Notes: generated by a model from the letters alone, not told the origin. A stretch of DNA of 64,000 bases from an uncultured Gemmatimonadaceae bacterium (GCA_963829055.1 CAWHHI010000003.1:480001-544000); one strand, 5' to 3'. Shown: positions 19,932 through 30,679, counted from the stretch's first letter. Made by a program: numbers and translations.

Positions 19932-21470
19932 CACGCGCGCGGTCTGGGGCTGGCGACTGCGGTAGCCACTGAATGCCATTAGGTCGCCGGCCTGTAGGCC
20001 CGCGGCGAGACCACGCAGCTCTTGGGTGAGCTGATTGCGGTTCGCCACACGTTCGTAGTAGCCACCCCCGCTGATTGAATTCTCGATTCGTCGTGCAGAC
20101 GGGCATTTTCACCACGAAGGACGCCAGGGCTGCTTCGGCGTTCATCCAGGCGAACTTCTTCGACACGACATCCTGAATGGAAGGTGTTTTGAGAAGAAGC
20201 CGGAAACGACTGAAACGGCCCGATCCCATCGCGACCGGGCAGAGCCGTCTTATTCGCCATGGACCGCCCGGGATTTGAGTCACCCGGCTCGCATGGCCTT
20301 GGCGCCGTTCCTATTAGTAGCTAGTGGATACTATTGTGACCTCGGGCGAGACGACTACAAACCGCTGCTTGTTCGCGCACTATTTGTCACGAGAATACCG
20401 ACACGGACGCAGGGTTACGTGCGTTTGTTCTTATGTGCGTGTGTTCTAGTGATGCCGACTGTGGCAGCAGCGGCGTTGAAGCGCTGGCCGTAAGCACTTG
20501 CTGTTCGGCAACGGCGACTCCGCACTCTCAGCAAGTCGCCCACAGTCGTACCGTGGCGCTGCCGTAGTGCGATGGGAATGCGATCCAGTACCGCCGCGCG
20601 GCGCAGATAACGCGTCGTCGGCGCGCATGGGCGACGCCACGCCGAAGCTCGGCTGGCCTAGGACCGACCAGGAGCGGGGCCGTTGTCACTCATGAATACG
20701 TCGCCGCGCTGGAGCGGAGACGCGGTACCCGGATCGACGTTCAGGTACGGGTCGAAGTTCATGATCGACTCCGACAGGCACGACTCCACGAGCCAGTAGC
20801 CCGGCGGATTCCGTCGTGCCATGATTTCGATTCGATAGTACTGGCCGCAGTTCACTGAGTGCGAACGCATGCAAACTCGTCCAAGCCGAAGTGGGACGTA
20901 TCGAGGAAGTTGCGGCATGTCGAGAGCGCAGGGGCCGCTTACCTATTAACGCATCGTACCGCAGCGAGTCGATCAGGTTGGCTCCCGTTTCGGTTCGCAG
21001 GCGGGGTAAGTCCGACAATGCACCGGACGGGTTCGGGCGCGTCCCTAAGGCAAGTAGCATCACATGTCGGGCTGTGGAGCATGTCATGCCTTGGACACGT
21101 CGGCTTCGCGCCGGCTTCCCTGCGGGAGATGGTTGCGGTCCCGGCGGCACCATCTACGACGAGCAGCCGGTTTACGCGTGGTTCTGGCTCACGAACGTTC
21201 TACGACTCGATAGTTCGTGAGCCGGTCGGTGACAATTGCTAAGCTCGCTTTATACGGGCTAATCTGCGGCAAGCGGGTCACGCACGTTATTCTCTCCCGG
21301 TGCGGTGCTTTGCTGTGGCAGATTGGCGTTCGTGCCCACCGGCGCTCGACTGGTCGCCTTAGGCGCGTCGCTCGCGACGTCGGTGAACGCGCCGATCTGT
21401 CTGTGGATTCGGTCCAGGGTCTCCACGAAAGCAGTCCTGAGCCGGGTACACGCAGGCGAGCGCTGCGGGA
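19932..21470. other. Gene-poor ~1.5 kb segment with probable degraded gene fragments
   Basis: No long ORF; short protein-like stretches on both strands (about 19980-20180 minus, 20690-20860 minus, 21130-21220 plus). Confidence 0.4.
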
Positions 21471-21481
21471 AGGACAATCGA

Positions 21482-21497
21482 TGTTTCACGTGAAACA
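21482..21497. promoter_or_regulatory. parS centromere site 1
   Basis: Perfect palindrome TGTTTCACGTGAAACA, the canonical parS, just upstream of parA. Confidence 0.95.
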
Positions 21498-21507
21498 TTT
21501 CTGTGCC

Positions 21508-21523
21508 TGTTTCACGTGAAACG
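21508..21523. promoter_or_regulatory. parS centromere site 2
   Basis: TGTTTCACGTGAAACG, one terminal mismatch, 10 bp from site 1. Confidence 0.92.
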
Positions 21524-21595
21524 TTGCTGGCCTGCGGGGGTGGCCATTCCTATATTTCGCGCCCTCCCGTATCTCGGACTCGCACCGGCAATGCA

Positions 21596-22411
21596 GTGGC
21601 CAAAGTCGTAGCAATCGCAAACCAGAAAGGTGGTGTAGGGAAGACCACGACCGCGGTGAACCTCGCCGCGAGCCTAGCTGTCGCGGAACAGCGAACGCTG
21701 CTGATCGACGGCGATCCTCAGGGCAATGCGTCCAGCGGAATCGGGCTGGCTCGCGACGCCATACAGAAGACGATTTACGATGTGCTGATTGGATCGGCAA
21801 CGCTCGAGGAAGTCATCCACACCAGCGTCCAGTTCAAGCACCTCGACGTCGCACCGGCTAGCGCCGATCTCGCAGCAGCGGAGGTGGAACTCGTCGACCA
21901 GCCCCACCGCGAGCGCGCCATGCGCGATGCCATTACACCGATCAGGGACCGCTACGACTACATCCTCATCGACTGCCCGCCTTCGCTCGGATTGATAACA
22001 GTCAACATGCTCGCCGCGGCAGACACGATCCTCATTCCGGTGCAGTGTGAGTACTACGCGCTCGAGGGGCTCTCACAACTACTCAACACCGTTCATTTGG
22101 TCCAGCGCAGTGTCAATGAGCACCTGGGAATCGAAGGCGTCCTACTCACCATGTACGACGCCCGCCTGAACCTCTCAAGACAGGTGGCTGCAGACGCTCG
22201 GGAGTACTTCACCAATCAGGTGTTCGAAACGGTCATTCCGAGAAACATCCGTCTGGCAGAAGCCCCTAGCTTCGGCAAGCCTATCATCTTATACGACGTC
22301 GCCTCAATCGGCGCCCAGTCGTACATGAGCGTCGCCCGGGAGCTCATCGCCCGCAACTCGATTGACGCAGCCGCCACCGCCACTCCGGCTCCTGTCGAAC
22401 TGAATTCGTAA
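21596..22411 (+). CDS. parA: Chromosome partitioning ATPase ParA/Soj
   Basis: NQKGGVGKTT, DPQGNA, IDCPPSLG, QCEYYALEG, IPRNIRLAEAPSFG; GTG start at 21596. Confidence 0.96.
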   Translation: MAKVVAIANQKGGVGKTTTAVNLAASLAVAEQRTLLIDGDPQGNASSGIGLARDAIQKTIYDVLIGSATLEEVIHTSVQFKHLDVAPASADLAAAEVELVDQPHRERAMRDAITPIRDRYDYILIDCPPSLGLITVNMLAAADTILIPVQCEYYALEGLSQLLNTVHLVQRSVNEHLGIEGVLLTMYDARLNLSRQVAADAREYFTNQVFETVIPRNIRLAEAPSFGKPIILYDVASIGAQSYMSVARELIARNSIDAAATATPAPVELNS

Positions 22412-22524
22412 CGCGCGACGCGGAAACAGCTTTAGGAACGACGCCCGCCAGCGGGACGGCACGCCAGAACACCCGTCCAATTCGCTGCCGCATCTGCAGC
22501 AAATCACCTTTCACCGTAGGGCCC

Positions 22525-23469
22525 ATGGCAGACAAGCCTCGGCGGCTCGGGCGCGGGTTGGAAGCGCTCCTCGGAACAACACCCGCCCCTTCCTCGCAGT
22601 CGGCGGCGACACCAGGAGCAGCGGTACAAGGCGCGGCCACGGCGGTTGTTCTCCCGGAATCTCCCTTACGGCAGATTCCGATCGAGCAGATTCGTCCGAA
22701 TCCGTTTCAACCGCGCAAGGAATTCCGCGAAGAGGACCTCGCACAACTCCAAGCGAGCATTGCCGCAACCGGTCTCCTGCAGCCGATAACCGTCCGTCGT
22801 GCCGACGACCACTTCGAGTTGATCGCTGGCGAGCGTCGCCTCCGGGCAGCTACGCGACTTGGGTGGGCCGAGATCCCCGCGATCGTGAAGGACTACGACG
22901 ACAAGGCGCTGCTCACGCTTGCCCTCGTCGAGAACCTGCAGCGAGCCGACCTCAACCCAATAGAGGAGGCGGAAGGTTACAGCCGCCTGGTCGCCGAGTT
23001 CGATCTGACGCAGCAGGAAGTCGCCGCGATTGTCGGGAAGGATCGCTCGACTGTGGCTAACTCTTTGCGGTTATTGAACTTACCTGCGCCTATACGGGAA
23101 ATGGTGCAGGCAAGCCGGCTCTCCGTTGGGCACGCGAGAGCTCTGCTCGCGATCCCGTCCGAGCGTGTGATGATCGACCTCGCGCGAGAGGCCGTAGCGA
23201 AGAATCTTTCGGTGCGCGACATCGAACGCAGAGTGAAACAGGCGACCACGTCGGCGCGTCCACCCAGTACCACGTCGGCGAAGACTGACACCGCACGCGT
23301 TGCCGAGATTCGACGAGTGACCGATCGCCTACGGCGACGGCTCCAGACCGATGTCACCGTCGACATCGACGACAAGGACCGGGGGCAGCTCCGCATCACG
23401 TTCTATTCGGCGGACGACCTGAATCGCTTGATCGAGCTCATTACCGGACACACGACCGAGGATCTGTAA
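22525..23469 (+). CDS. parB: Chromosome partitioning protein ParB/Spo0J
   Basis: LGRGLEALL, PNPFQPR, IAGERRLRA, ENLQRADL, HTH GKDRSTVANSLRLL. Confidence 0.97.
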   Translation: MADKPRRLGRGLEALLGTTPAPSSQSAATPGAAVQGAATAVVLPESPLRQIPIEQIRPNPFQPRKEFREEDLAQLQASIAATGLLQPITVRRADDHFELIAGERRLRAATRLGWAEIPAIVKDYDDKALLTLALVENLQRADLNPIEEAEGYSRLVAEFDLTQQEVAAIVGKDRSTVANSLRLLNLPAPIREMVQASRLSVGHARALLAIPSERVMIDLAREAVAKNLSVRDIERRVKQATTSARPPSTTSAKTDTARVAEIRRVTDRLRRRLQTDVTVDIDDKDRGQLRITFYSADDLNRLIELITGHTTEDL

Positions 23470-23969
23470 TGCGACTTGGATTTCTGAACCGGCTCCGCAA
23501 CGGCTACGGGAACATTTACACGCCGCACGCTGGGTCGATGATCATCCAGGTCCAACGGGAAACGGGGCTCGCCAATCGCACGATCGTCATTAGCGAACGT
23601 CAGGTTGCACTGGTTCGCATCGTCGGCTCACGTATCGGTCTCATCACAGTCGCGCTCTTCGTGGGAAGCTGGCTTATGTTCGCCGTGCAGAGCGTACGTG
23701 TGCCGCTACTTTCGGGTCGTATCGCCGAACTCGAGCGCGACAACCGACGCATCGACTCGTTGCAGGTTGCCCTGTCACGCATGCACGGTCGTTACGAACA
23801 GGTTCGCCAGATGCTTGCCACTACCGGAGCCGCCATCACACGTCCGGAGTCACCGGCCGCGCCCCGGCCCGCACTGCCTAACGCGACATCAGGACAGACG
23901 CCTGCGCAGGCCGGCGCCCCAAGAACAACCCCACCCTCCATCGATTCGGCTGGACGCGCTGCCCCCTGA
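23469..23969 (+). CDS. Hypothetical single-pass membrane protein with coiled coil and Pro-rich tail
   Basis: TAATG overlap with parB stop; TM IGLITVALFVGSWLMFAV; heptad-like segment. Confidence 0.7.
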   Translation: MRLGFLNRLRNGYGNIYTPHAGSMIIQVQRETGLANRTIVISERQVALVRIVGSRIGLITVALFVGSWLMFAVQSVRVPLLSGRIAELERDNRRIDSLQVALSRMHGRYEQVRQMLATTGAAITRPESPAAPRPALPNATSGQTPAQAGAPRTTPPSIDSAGRAAP

Positions 23970-24022
23970 GTTTTCTGAACGCACCACTGGCTGAACGCCC
24001 GTCACCGCCGTAGGTATCTGCA

Positions 24023-24484
24023 ATGTCGATCTTCACGAAGCCGACAACCGAGAAGGTTCCGATGCGCAACGATTCTCCCAGTCCGGAAGCCGGACTCTCC
24101 GTGATCGCCTCAGGCATGAAGATCGTGGGGGACATCGAGAGCACCGGTGTCTTGAAGATCGAGGGCGTCGTGGAAGGCGCAGTCCGCGGCGCCCGACAGC
24201 TGCTGCTCGGACGCCAGGGCACCGTGCACGGCGACATTCGCGCGCACGAGGTTGTGATCGGCGGCACGGTGGTCGGAACGATCGTGGCCGACGAGCGAGT
24301 CGAGATTCAGGGAACGTCGAGCGTTAAGGGCGACATCCACACGAAATCGATCGTCGTGCTCGAGGGCGGTGTCATCAACGGCACGGTACGGATGGGAGAG
24401 CAGGCGGCACGCGATGCCGCACGGGAAGTGAAGGACACACCCGTTGAGAGTCTGCCGCGACCGGGACTGGCACTCCGGCAGTAG
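24023..24484 (+). CDS. Bactofilin (polymer-forming cytoskeletal protein)
   Basis: Beta-helix repeats IVGDI, IEGVVEG, VHGDI, IGGTVVG, VKGDI, EGGVING. Confidence 0.92.
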   Translation: MSIFTKPTTEKVPMRNDSPSPEAGLSVIASGMKIVGDIESTGVLKIEGVVEGAVRGARQLLLGRQGTVHGDIRAHEVVIGGTVVGTIVADERVEIQGTSSVKGDIHTKSIVVLEGGVINGTVRMGEQAARDAAREVKDTPVESLPRPGLALRQ

Positions 24485-24575
24485 GACCAGCGAAGTCGGG
24501 CGGGCGACTGGTTATTTCGCACCAGCACCGCGACAATTGGAGGACAGCCTGCCCTGTCCTCCCTGAGTTCTGCCT

Positions 24576-25628
24576 ATGACCGTGAACCGTGCTCGGCGTC
24601 GTGGGTCCTTCATTGGCCTCACGCTGGTGTTTGTGGGGCTTGTGGCGTGTGATAACAACGCCCGCTCGACACGCGATTCATCGGTAGGCCAACAGCCTCC
24701 GACGGGGACGAAAGCGTTTCGCGTCGCGCTGCTCACGCCCGGCCCCATCTCCGACCGCTCATGGAACGGCGGAGCGTATGACGGTCTGATCGCGCTCCGT
24801 GACTCGTTAGGCGCACAGATCAGCCACGTGCAGACCAAGACGCCCGCCGAGTTCGAGGAGAATTTTCGCCAGTACGGTGCCCAAGGTTACGACCTCGTCA
24901 TCGGTCACGGCTTCGAATTTCAGGACGCCGCCGTGCGGGTGGCACCCGCGTTCCCGAAGACGATCTACGTCACGACGTCTGGCACTACGGTCCGGGCGAA
25001 CGTCGCGGGGATTCAATTCGCGTTCGACGACGGCGCGTACCTCGCCGGCATTCTCGCGGCAGGGATGACGAAATCCGGCACGATCGGCGTGATCGGTGGT
25101 ACCGAGTTGCCGCCCGTGAAGCAAAGCTTCGTGGCATACGCCGCCGGCGCTCGTTCAGCCAGTCCGAAAGTTCGCGTCGTCGTGTCGTACGTCGGCAACT
25201 GGGATGACATCAGCGCAGGCAAGGAGCAGGCGATTGCCCAGATCGGCCAAAAGTCGGACGTGCTCTTCCAGAACGCTGACGCCGCCGGCCTCGGTGTGTT
25301 TCAGGCGGCTCGTGAATCCGGTTCGACCTACGTCATTGGGTCGAACTCCGACCAGAACGCGGTCGCGCCAGAGGTGACAATCGCCAGCGTCGTGATCGAT
25401 CTGCGGCACGCGTTCCTGCTCGTCGCCAGCGAAATCAAGGAACGCCGATTCACCCCGCGTGTGATATCGCTCGGCATTCCCGAGAATGTCGTTAGGCTGG
25501 CGATCAATCCGGCGCTGCGGGCACGGATTCCCGCTCCGGTCCAGGCAACCATCGACTCGGTACAGCGGCGGTTGTTCGACAGATCGCTGCGCATCATGGA
25601 CTCCACGGGTACCGCCTCGCCTCCATGA
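24576..25628 (+). CDS. BMP family ABC substrate-binding lipoprotein
   Basis: Lipobox LVAC; GPISDRSWN, GYDLVIGHGFEF, AYLAG, GLGVFQAA. Confidence 0.9.
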   Translation: MTVNRARRRGSFIGLTLVFVGLVACDNNARSTRDSSVGQQPPTGTKAFRVALLTPGPISDRSWNGGAYDGLIALRDSLGAQISHVQTKTPAEFEENFRQYGAQGYDLVIGHGFEFQDAAVRVAPAFPKTIYVTTSGTTVRANVAGIQFAFDDGAYLAGILAAGMTKSGTIGVIGGTELPPVKQSFVAYAAGARSASPKVRVVVSYVGNWDDISAGKEQAIAQIGQKSDVLFQNADAAGLGVFQAARESGSTYVIGSNSDQNAVAPEVTIASVVIDLRHAFLLVASEIKERRFTPRVISLGIPENVVRLAINPALRARIPAPVQATIDSVQRRLFDRSLRIMDSTGTASPP

Positions 25629-26398
25629 CCGATCTGGCGACAATCGCCCGACACCTGGACGGTCTGCTCGAGACGCAGTCGATCCCTGACTACCCTGGTG
25701 CCCTGAACGGTGTTCAACTGTCGAACCGCAGTGCGATCAGTCGCATCGCGGCTTCGGTCGACGTCTCGAAGCGCGTAATCGACAGCGTGATTCGAGCCGA
25801 GGCGAACTTGCTGCTGGTGCACCACGGAATGTTCTGGGGCGGCGCACAGCCCATCACAGGAGCGGCGTACGACCGTTTGCGCCTGCTGCTCGAGCACGAT
25901 GTCGCGGTGTACTCGTCACATCTCCCGCTCGACGCTCACCCCACGCTGGGCAACAACGTGCTGTTAGCACGGACCCTCGGGCTCGAGCCTAACGCGGGGT
26001 TCGCGCGCTATCGAACCATCGACGTCGGCGTACGCGGAGACGCCGACGAGGACACCACGGAGCTGTGGCGACGCGCCGACGCGTTCGCGCGGTCGCACGG
26101 CGGGATCGCCCGGTCCACCATCATCCCGGCGAGTCATCGCACACGCCGATGGGCGGTCTGTACCGGCGCGGGCGCATCATCCGACACGTTGCTCGAGGCC
26201 CAGACGTTGGAGATCGACACGCTGATCGTCGGCGAAGGGCCGCACCATACCGCAGTCGCGGCAGATGACATTGGCCTCGTCGTCATATACGCGGGGCACT
26301 ACGCGACCGAGACACTCGGCGTTCGGGCGCTCGCCGGCCATCTCACGACAACCTTCGGCATCCCCTCGACGTTCATCGCGGCGCCGACCGGATTGTGA
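25625..26398 (+). CDS. Nif3/YbgI (DUF34) dinuclear metal-centre protein
   Basis: NGVQ, VHHG, SHLPLDAH, GHYATE. Confidence 0.92.
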   Translation: MTDLATIARHLDGLLETQSIPDYPGALNGVQLSNRSAISRIAASVDVSKRVIDSVIRAEANLLLVHHGMFWGGAQPITGAAYDRLRLLLEHDVAVYSSHLPLDAHPTLGNNVLLARTLGLEPNAGFARYRTIDVGVRGDADEDTTELWRRADAFARSHGGIARSTIIPASHRTRRWAVCTGAGASSDTLLEAQTLEIDTLIVGEGPHHTAVAADDIGLVVIYAGHYATETLGVRALAGHLTTTFGIPSTFIAAPTGL

Positions 26399-27835
26399 GC
26401 GACGCCGCGCCAGCGCTTGCACTCGAGCACATTGGCAAGCGCTTCGGCACCGTCGAGGCGTTGAACGATGCCACGTTGACTGTGCGTGCCGGCACGGTGC
26501 ACGCCCTGCTCGGTGAGAACGGGGCGGGAAAGACAACGCTGATGAGGATCGCCTACGGCATGGAATCGGCGGAGCGGGGCACTGTGCGCATCGATGGGCG
26601 CCCCGTTCGTCTGAGGTCACCCGCTGACGCGATCGCCGCCGGCGTCGGGATGGTCCATCAGCACTTCACGCTCGTCCCCGCTATGACGGTAGCCGAGAAC
26701 ATCGCGTTAGGCGACCGCGGCCGATTCGATTCAGGGCAGGCAGCAGAGCGGGTCCGTGACCTCAGCCAGGCGTCGGGGTTCCCGTTGGACCCGGACGCGC
26801 GGGTTCGCGACCTGGCGGTGAGTGCGCAACAGCGCGTCGAGCTCCTGAAAGTCCTTTCCCGCGACGCGCGAATATTGATTTTCGACGAGCCCACAGCCGT
26901 CCTCGCTCCCGCCGAGGCCGATGACCTGCTCCGCCAGTTGCGTCGCCTGGCCGCCGACGGTCGCGCGATCATTCTGATCACGCACAAACTGCGAGAGGCA
27001 ATGAGAGTCGCGGATGACGTCACCGTCCTGCGACGAGGTAGCACAACGCTCTCTAGATCGCGCGCCGGCGTCGACGAGAACCAGCTCGTCGAAGCGATGC
27101 TCGGTCAGCGCGACATTGGCGGCGTACTCACCAGGACCAGCGCCACTGCGGGTAGCGCGGTGATTGCGGCGCGTGACGTGGAGATCGCCGATGACAAGGG
27201 AATCGCACGAGTGCGCGGTGCAACGTTCAGTATCCAGCAGCGGAGAAATCGTCGGCGTCGCTGCCGTGGAAGGGTCCGGTCACCGAGAGCTCCTCCGCGC
27301 GATCGCCCGTCGGCTACCGATACGGGCTGGTCGGCTCGAGCTCCCATCGGTTGTCGGATTCGTTCCGGACGACAGGCACCGGGACGCATTGGTCCTCGCA
27401 ATGTCGCTCTCTGAGAACTTCGCACTGAACGGTGCAGGCACTCGCGACGGGGTGATCCGATGGGGCGACGTCGCGCGGACGACGCGGAAGATCATTGAGG
27501 AATTCGACGTACGCGCCAGCGACGAGAGCATCGCTGCCGGCACGCTGTCCGGCGGCAATCAGCAGAAATTCGTCCTCGGGCGCGAGCTCCACGGTCCTCC
27601 GCCGGCCTTGGTCGCGGAAAATCCAACGCGGGGGCTCGACATCAGGGCATCCGCTTTCGTCAGAGATCGCCTCGTCCGCGCTGCCGCCAGTGGCGTCGCT
27701 GTCGTCCTGCACTCCGCGGATCTCGATGAAGTCGTCTCCATCGCCGATCGAATGCTCGTCGTGTATGGCGGTACCGTCCGAGAGGTCCCGGTCGACGTGG
27801 ACGTGGTTGGTCGGGCGATGCTTGGAGCGGCGTGA
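26395..27835 (+). CDS. Nucleoside/sugar ABC ATPase with two ABC domains; +1 frame break near 27237
   Basis: GENGAGKT, GMVHQHF, DEPT, ITHKL, then in next frame GEIVGVA, LSGGNQQK, PTRGLD. Confidence 0.9.
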
Positions 27836-29046
27836 CCGGAGCGAACGCTCGTAGCCGCGCACGGCCTCAATTGGTGGTGCTGTCGGTAGCAATGGTGCTC
27901 GGTATGACGCCCTGGTTCAGCGCAACTGTCGCCGCGCCAGGCATGATTGCTGAGTGGCGCGTAGGAACGAGCACGACGGCATGGCTGACGATCGCCGTAC
28001 AGCTCGGCTTCGTTGCGGGGACGTGCGTGAGCGCCATCATGCTCATTAGCGATCGATTTAGCCCTCGCCACCTCGCTGCCGTTTCAGCGATGCTGGCCGG
28101 AATAGCTACAGCGACGCTTGCGTGGCGGCATACTGGTCCGACACTGGCCGTTGTCCTACGAGGGATTACTGGTGTGGCGCTCGCCGGTGTCTACCCACCC
28201 GGAATCAAGATCGCGGCAGGATGGTCTCGGTCGAGGCGTGGTACCGCGATCGGAATTCTGGTCGGCGCCCTCACGATCGGTTCGGCGGCCCCGAACCTGT
28301 TCCGCTTGGTGGTGCCTGCCGAGGAGTGGCGCTGGATTGTACTCGCGGCTGCATTTGCAGCGCTGCTGTCAGCCGCAGTCTTCGCATTCGCGATACGCGA
28401 GGGCCCCTTTCAGGCGTCATCAGCACCGTTCGATCCCTCCGCACTGCCCAGTGTATTGCGCGATCGTGGCGTGTTACTGGCTACTGGCGGCTATCTCGGC
28501 CACATGTGGGAGCTGTACGCAATGTGGAGCTCGATGGGGGCGTTCTGGGGATATGTCGCTTCGCGGCACGCGGTGACTCCGTTGGTTGCGGCCGCACTCG
28601 CGTTTTTCAGCATAGCCGCAGGAGCCGTAGGATGTGTGATAGCTGGCGTGGCGGCCGATCGTCTTGGCCGACCGCTCGTGACGATCCTGGCGATGGCGGT
28701 CAGCGGCAGTTGCGCCCTGCTCATTGGCTCGCTCATTAGCAGACCGCTCTTTCTGGTAGCGGTAGTCGCGATGGTTTGGGGGGCGTCGATCGTAGCGGAT
28801 TCGGCGCAATTCTCTGCTGCCGTAACCGAGCTTGCGCCGACTCGCTACGTAGGAACAGCGATCACGTTGCAGACGAGTCTCGGGTTCCTGCTGACGATCG
28901 TGACAATTCGACTGGTGCCGATCTGGGCCGATTCATGGGGTTGGGAGCGAGCGTACATGCCGCTCGCGATTGGGCCGGGACTCGGCATTCTGTCGATGTG
29001 GCGACTACGACGACGATCGGCGGCAGCCGTGCACGAGCAGACATGA
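27832..29046 (+). CDS. MFS transporter
   Basis: About 12 TM; LAGVYPPG, GHMWELYAMW, ADRLGR, ADSAQFS. Confidence 0.88.
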   Translation: MTGANARSRARPQLVVLSVAMVLGMTPWFSATVAAPGMIAEWRVGTSTTAWLTIAVQLGFVAGTCVSAIMLISDRFSPRHLAAVSAMLAGIATATLAWRHTGPTLAVVLRGITGVALAGVYPPGIKIAAGWSRSRRGTAIGILVGALTIGSAAPNLFRLVVPAEEWRWIVLAAAFAALLSAAVFAFAIREGPFQASSAPFDPSALPSVLRDRGVLLATGGYLGHMWELYAMWSSMGAFWGYVASRHAVTPLVAAALAFFSIAAGAVGCVIAGVAADRLGRPLVTILAMAVSGSCALLIGSLISRPLFLVAVVAMVWGASIVADSAQFSAAVTELAPTRYVGTAITLQTSLGFLLTIVTIRLVPIWADSWGWERAYMPLAIGPGLGILSMWRLRRRSAAAVHEQT

Positions 29047-29125
29047 TCTGTTGTTCGGCGGAGTTTCATCGTGTTGAACGTGGTGCGCTGTTGCCTGGCA
29101 TCAGCGCACCACGTTATTCATCGCC

Positions 29126-29566
29126 ATGAGTCGCACGCCGTCGCCTGGTATCGAGGACAAAGGGAGCGTCACGGCGAAGCGCCGGTCGCGTTGGCGGCCG
29201 TGGTTGCTGCTTCTCGCGTTCAGCGTGGCATGGAAGGTCGTCGTGCTCACGCTCGGTGCTGCGATGCCCCATTGGGTGATCGACGATGGGTTGGAGCACA
29301 TCCCGATCGCGATGCAGCCCTACGCAACCCAGGCGCGAGCGACCGCCGTCGCTCTCTGGAGCAACCCGATCGAGCGGAGCACGCTCGTCCGATTGGTCCG
29401 CGTGGTGAGTGTGGACAGCGCGACGGGAGGAGATTCGGCCCGCGGCTGTGGCGGGATGAGCGCGCGGGTTCGCGCGTATACCTTCTTCGCCATTCCGTAC
29501 TCCGAAGTACGGACCGTGTGCGACAAGGGTATCGTGGAGTATCGAGTGTTCCGTCGCCGGCAGTAA
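29126..29566 (+). CDS. Hypothetical membrane-anchored protein
   Basis: N-terminal TM, two Cys; stop overlaps the next start (TAATG). Confidence 0.65.
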   Translation: MSRTPSPGIEDKGSVTAKRRSRWRPWLLLLAFSVAWKVVVLTLGAAMPHWVIDDGLEHIPIAMQPYATQARATAVALWSNPIERSTLVRLVRVVSVDSATGGDSARGCGGMSARVRAYTFFAIPYSEVRTVCDKGIVEYRVFRRRQ

Positions 29567-30679
29567 TGGCCGACTCGGTGCGGCGGGTGATGATTCGAGC
29601 TGCTCGCACCCTTGTGGCGGGCCTGGCGTTGATGTCCGCGATTGCGGGCCTGGTCGCGATCCTCTGTGTTGTCAGCGGGTATGATCCGCTGCGTGCCCTC
29701 GATGCCCTGTGGCGCGGGTCGTTAGGCTCCCGGTACGCTGTGCTGTCAGCTACGCTCGTGCGCGCGACGCCGCTGATCCTCACCGGCCTGTCGGTCACGC
29801 TCGCGTTCACCGCGGGGGTGATGAACATCGGCGCCGAGGGCCAGCTGCTTGCCGGCGCAACCGCCACGACCGCCGTCGCCATGGTGGCCGGGCGATCGCC
29901 GAGTTGGCTCGCGCTGCCACTCTCGCTCGTTGCTGGAGGGCTGGCGGGGGCGGCATGGGCGTACATTCCGGCTTGGTTGCGTCGCCGGTTCGGGGTGCTC
30001 GAGGTGATCAGCACGATCATGATGAACTTCGTCGCACTCAATCTGGTAGGCTATCTGGTTCGCGGTCCGTTGCAGGAGCCGCTTCGCATATACCCGCAGA
30101 GCGCTTCGTTCCCAGAAAGCACGCGCCTCCCAATCCTCGTAGGAGGAACCCGGCTGCATCTCTGGCTTCGGTATCGCGCTCACGGCGGCCGCGGTCATGT
30201 GGTGGGCGCTTCGATTCACGGCGGCAGGCTTTCGCGTGAGAGTGTTAGGCGGGAGCCCTGACGCCGCGCGGAGCGCCGCGTTGATCGATGCTGGCAAGAC
30301 GGCAATGCGCGCGTTTCTCCTGAGTGGCTTTCTTGCCGGCCTCGCTGGCGCCGTAGAGGTGACGGGGGTCACGTACTCGCTCTACGAGAACCTGTCACCC
30401 GGCTATGGCTACACAGCCATCGCGGTCGCGCTGATCGGGTCGCTGAATCCGGTGCTGACCGCGTTCAGCGGGATCTTGTTCGGTGCGCTGGAGGCTGGCG
30501 CGTCCGCGATGCAGCGGGATGCCGGAGTGCCTTCCGTGCTCGCGACCGTAGTCGAGGCGTCGGTGCTTCTGCTCCTCATCGGTCTCGGTGCCGTGCGCGC
30601 CCCGTTCTCACGCTGGCGTCATTCGCGCGCCGCGAAAGTCGAGTCCCGGGAGCGGGCGCCGATCCCCGAGCCACTGTGA
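29566..30679 (+). CDS. Nucleoside ABC permease 1; +1 frame break near 30163
   Basis: ATPLILTGL, NIGAEGQ, EVISTIMMN, RLHL then GFGI, GYGYTAIAVAL. Confidence 0.88.

Noticed and set aside
19925..19932. GTTAGGC/GCCTAAC as integron attC core sites
   Set aside because: They match GTTRRRY/RYYYAAC, but copies are single, mostly intragenic, not paired into attC hairpins, and no integrase is in the window
21482..21523. Direct repeat as a mini CRISPR array
   Set aside because: 16-bp units with a 10-bp gap match parS; no cas genes
29071..29565. Long N-terminal extension of the permease ORF
   Set aside because: Overlaps the better-supported 29126-29566 gene; the permease start fits ATG 29566
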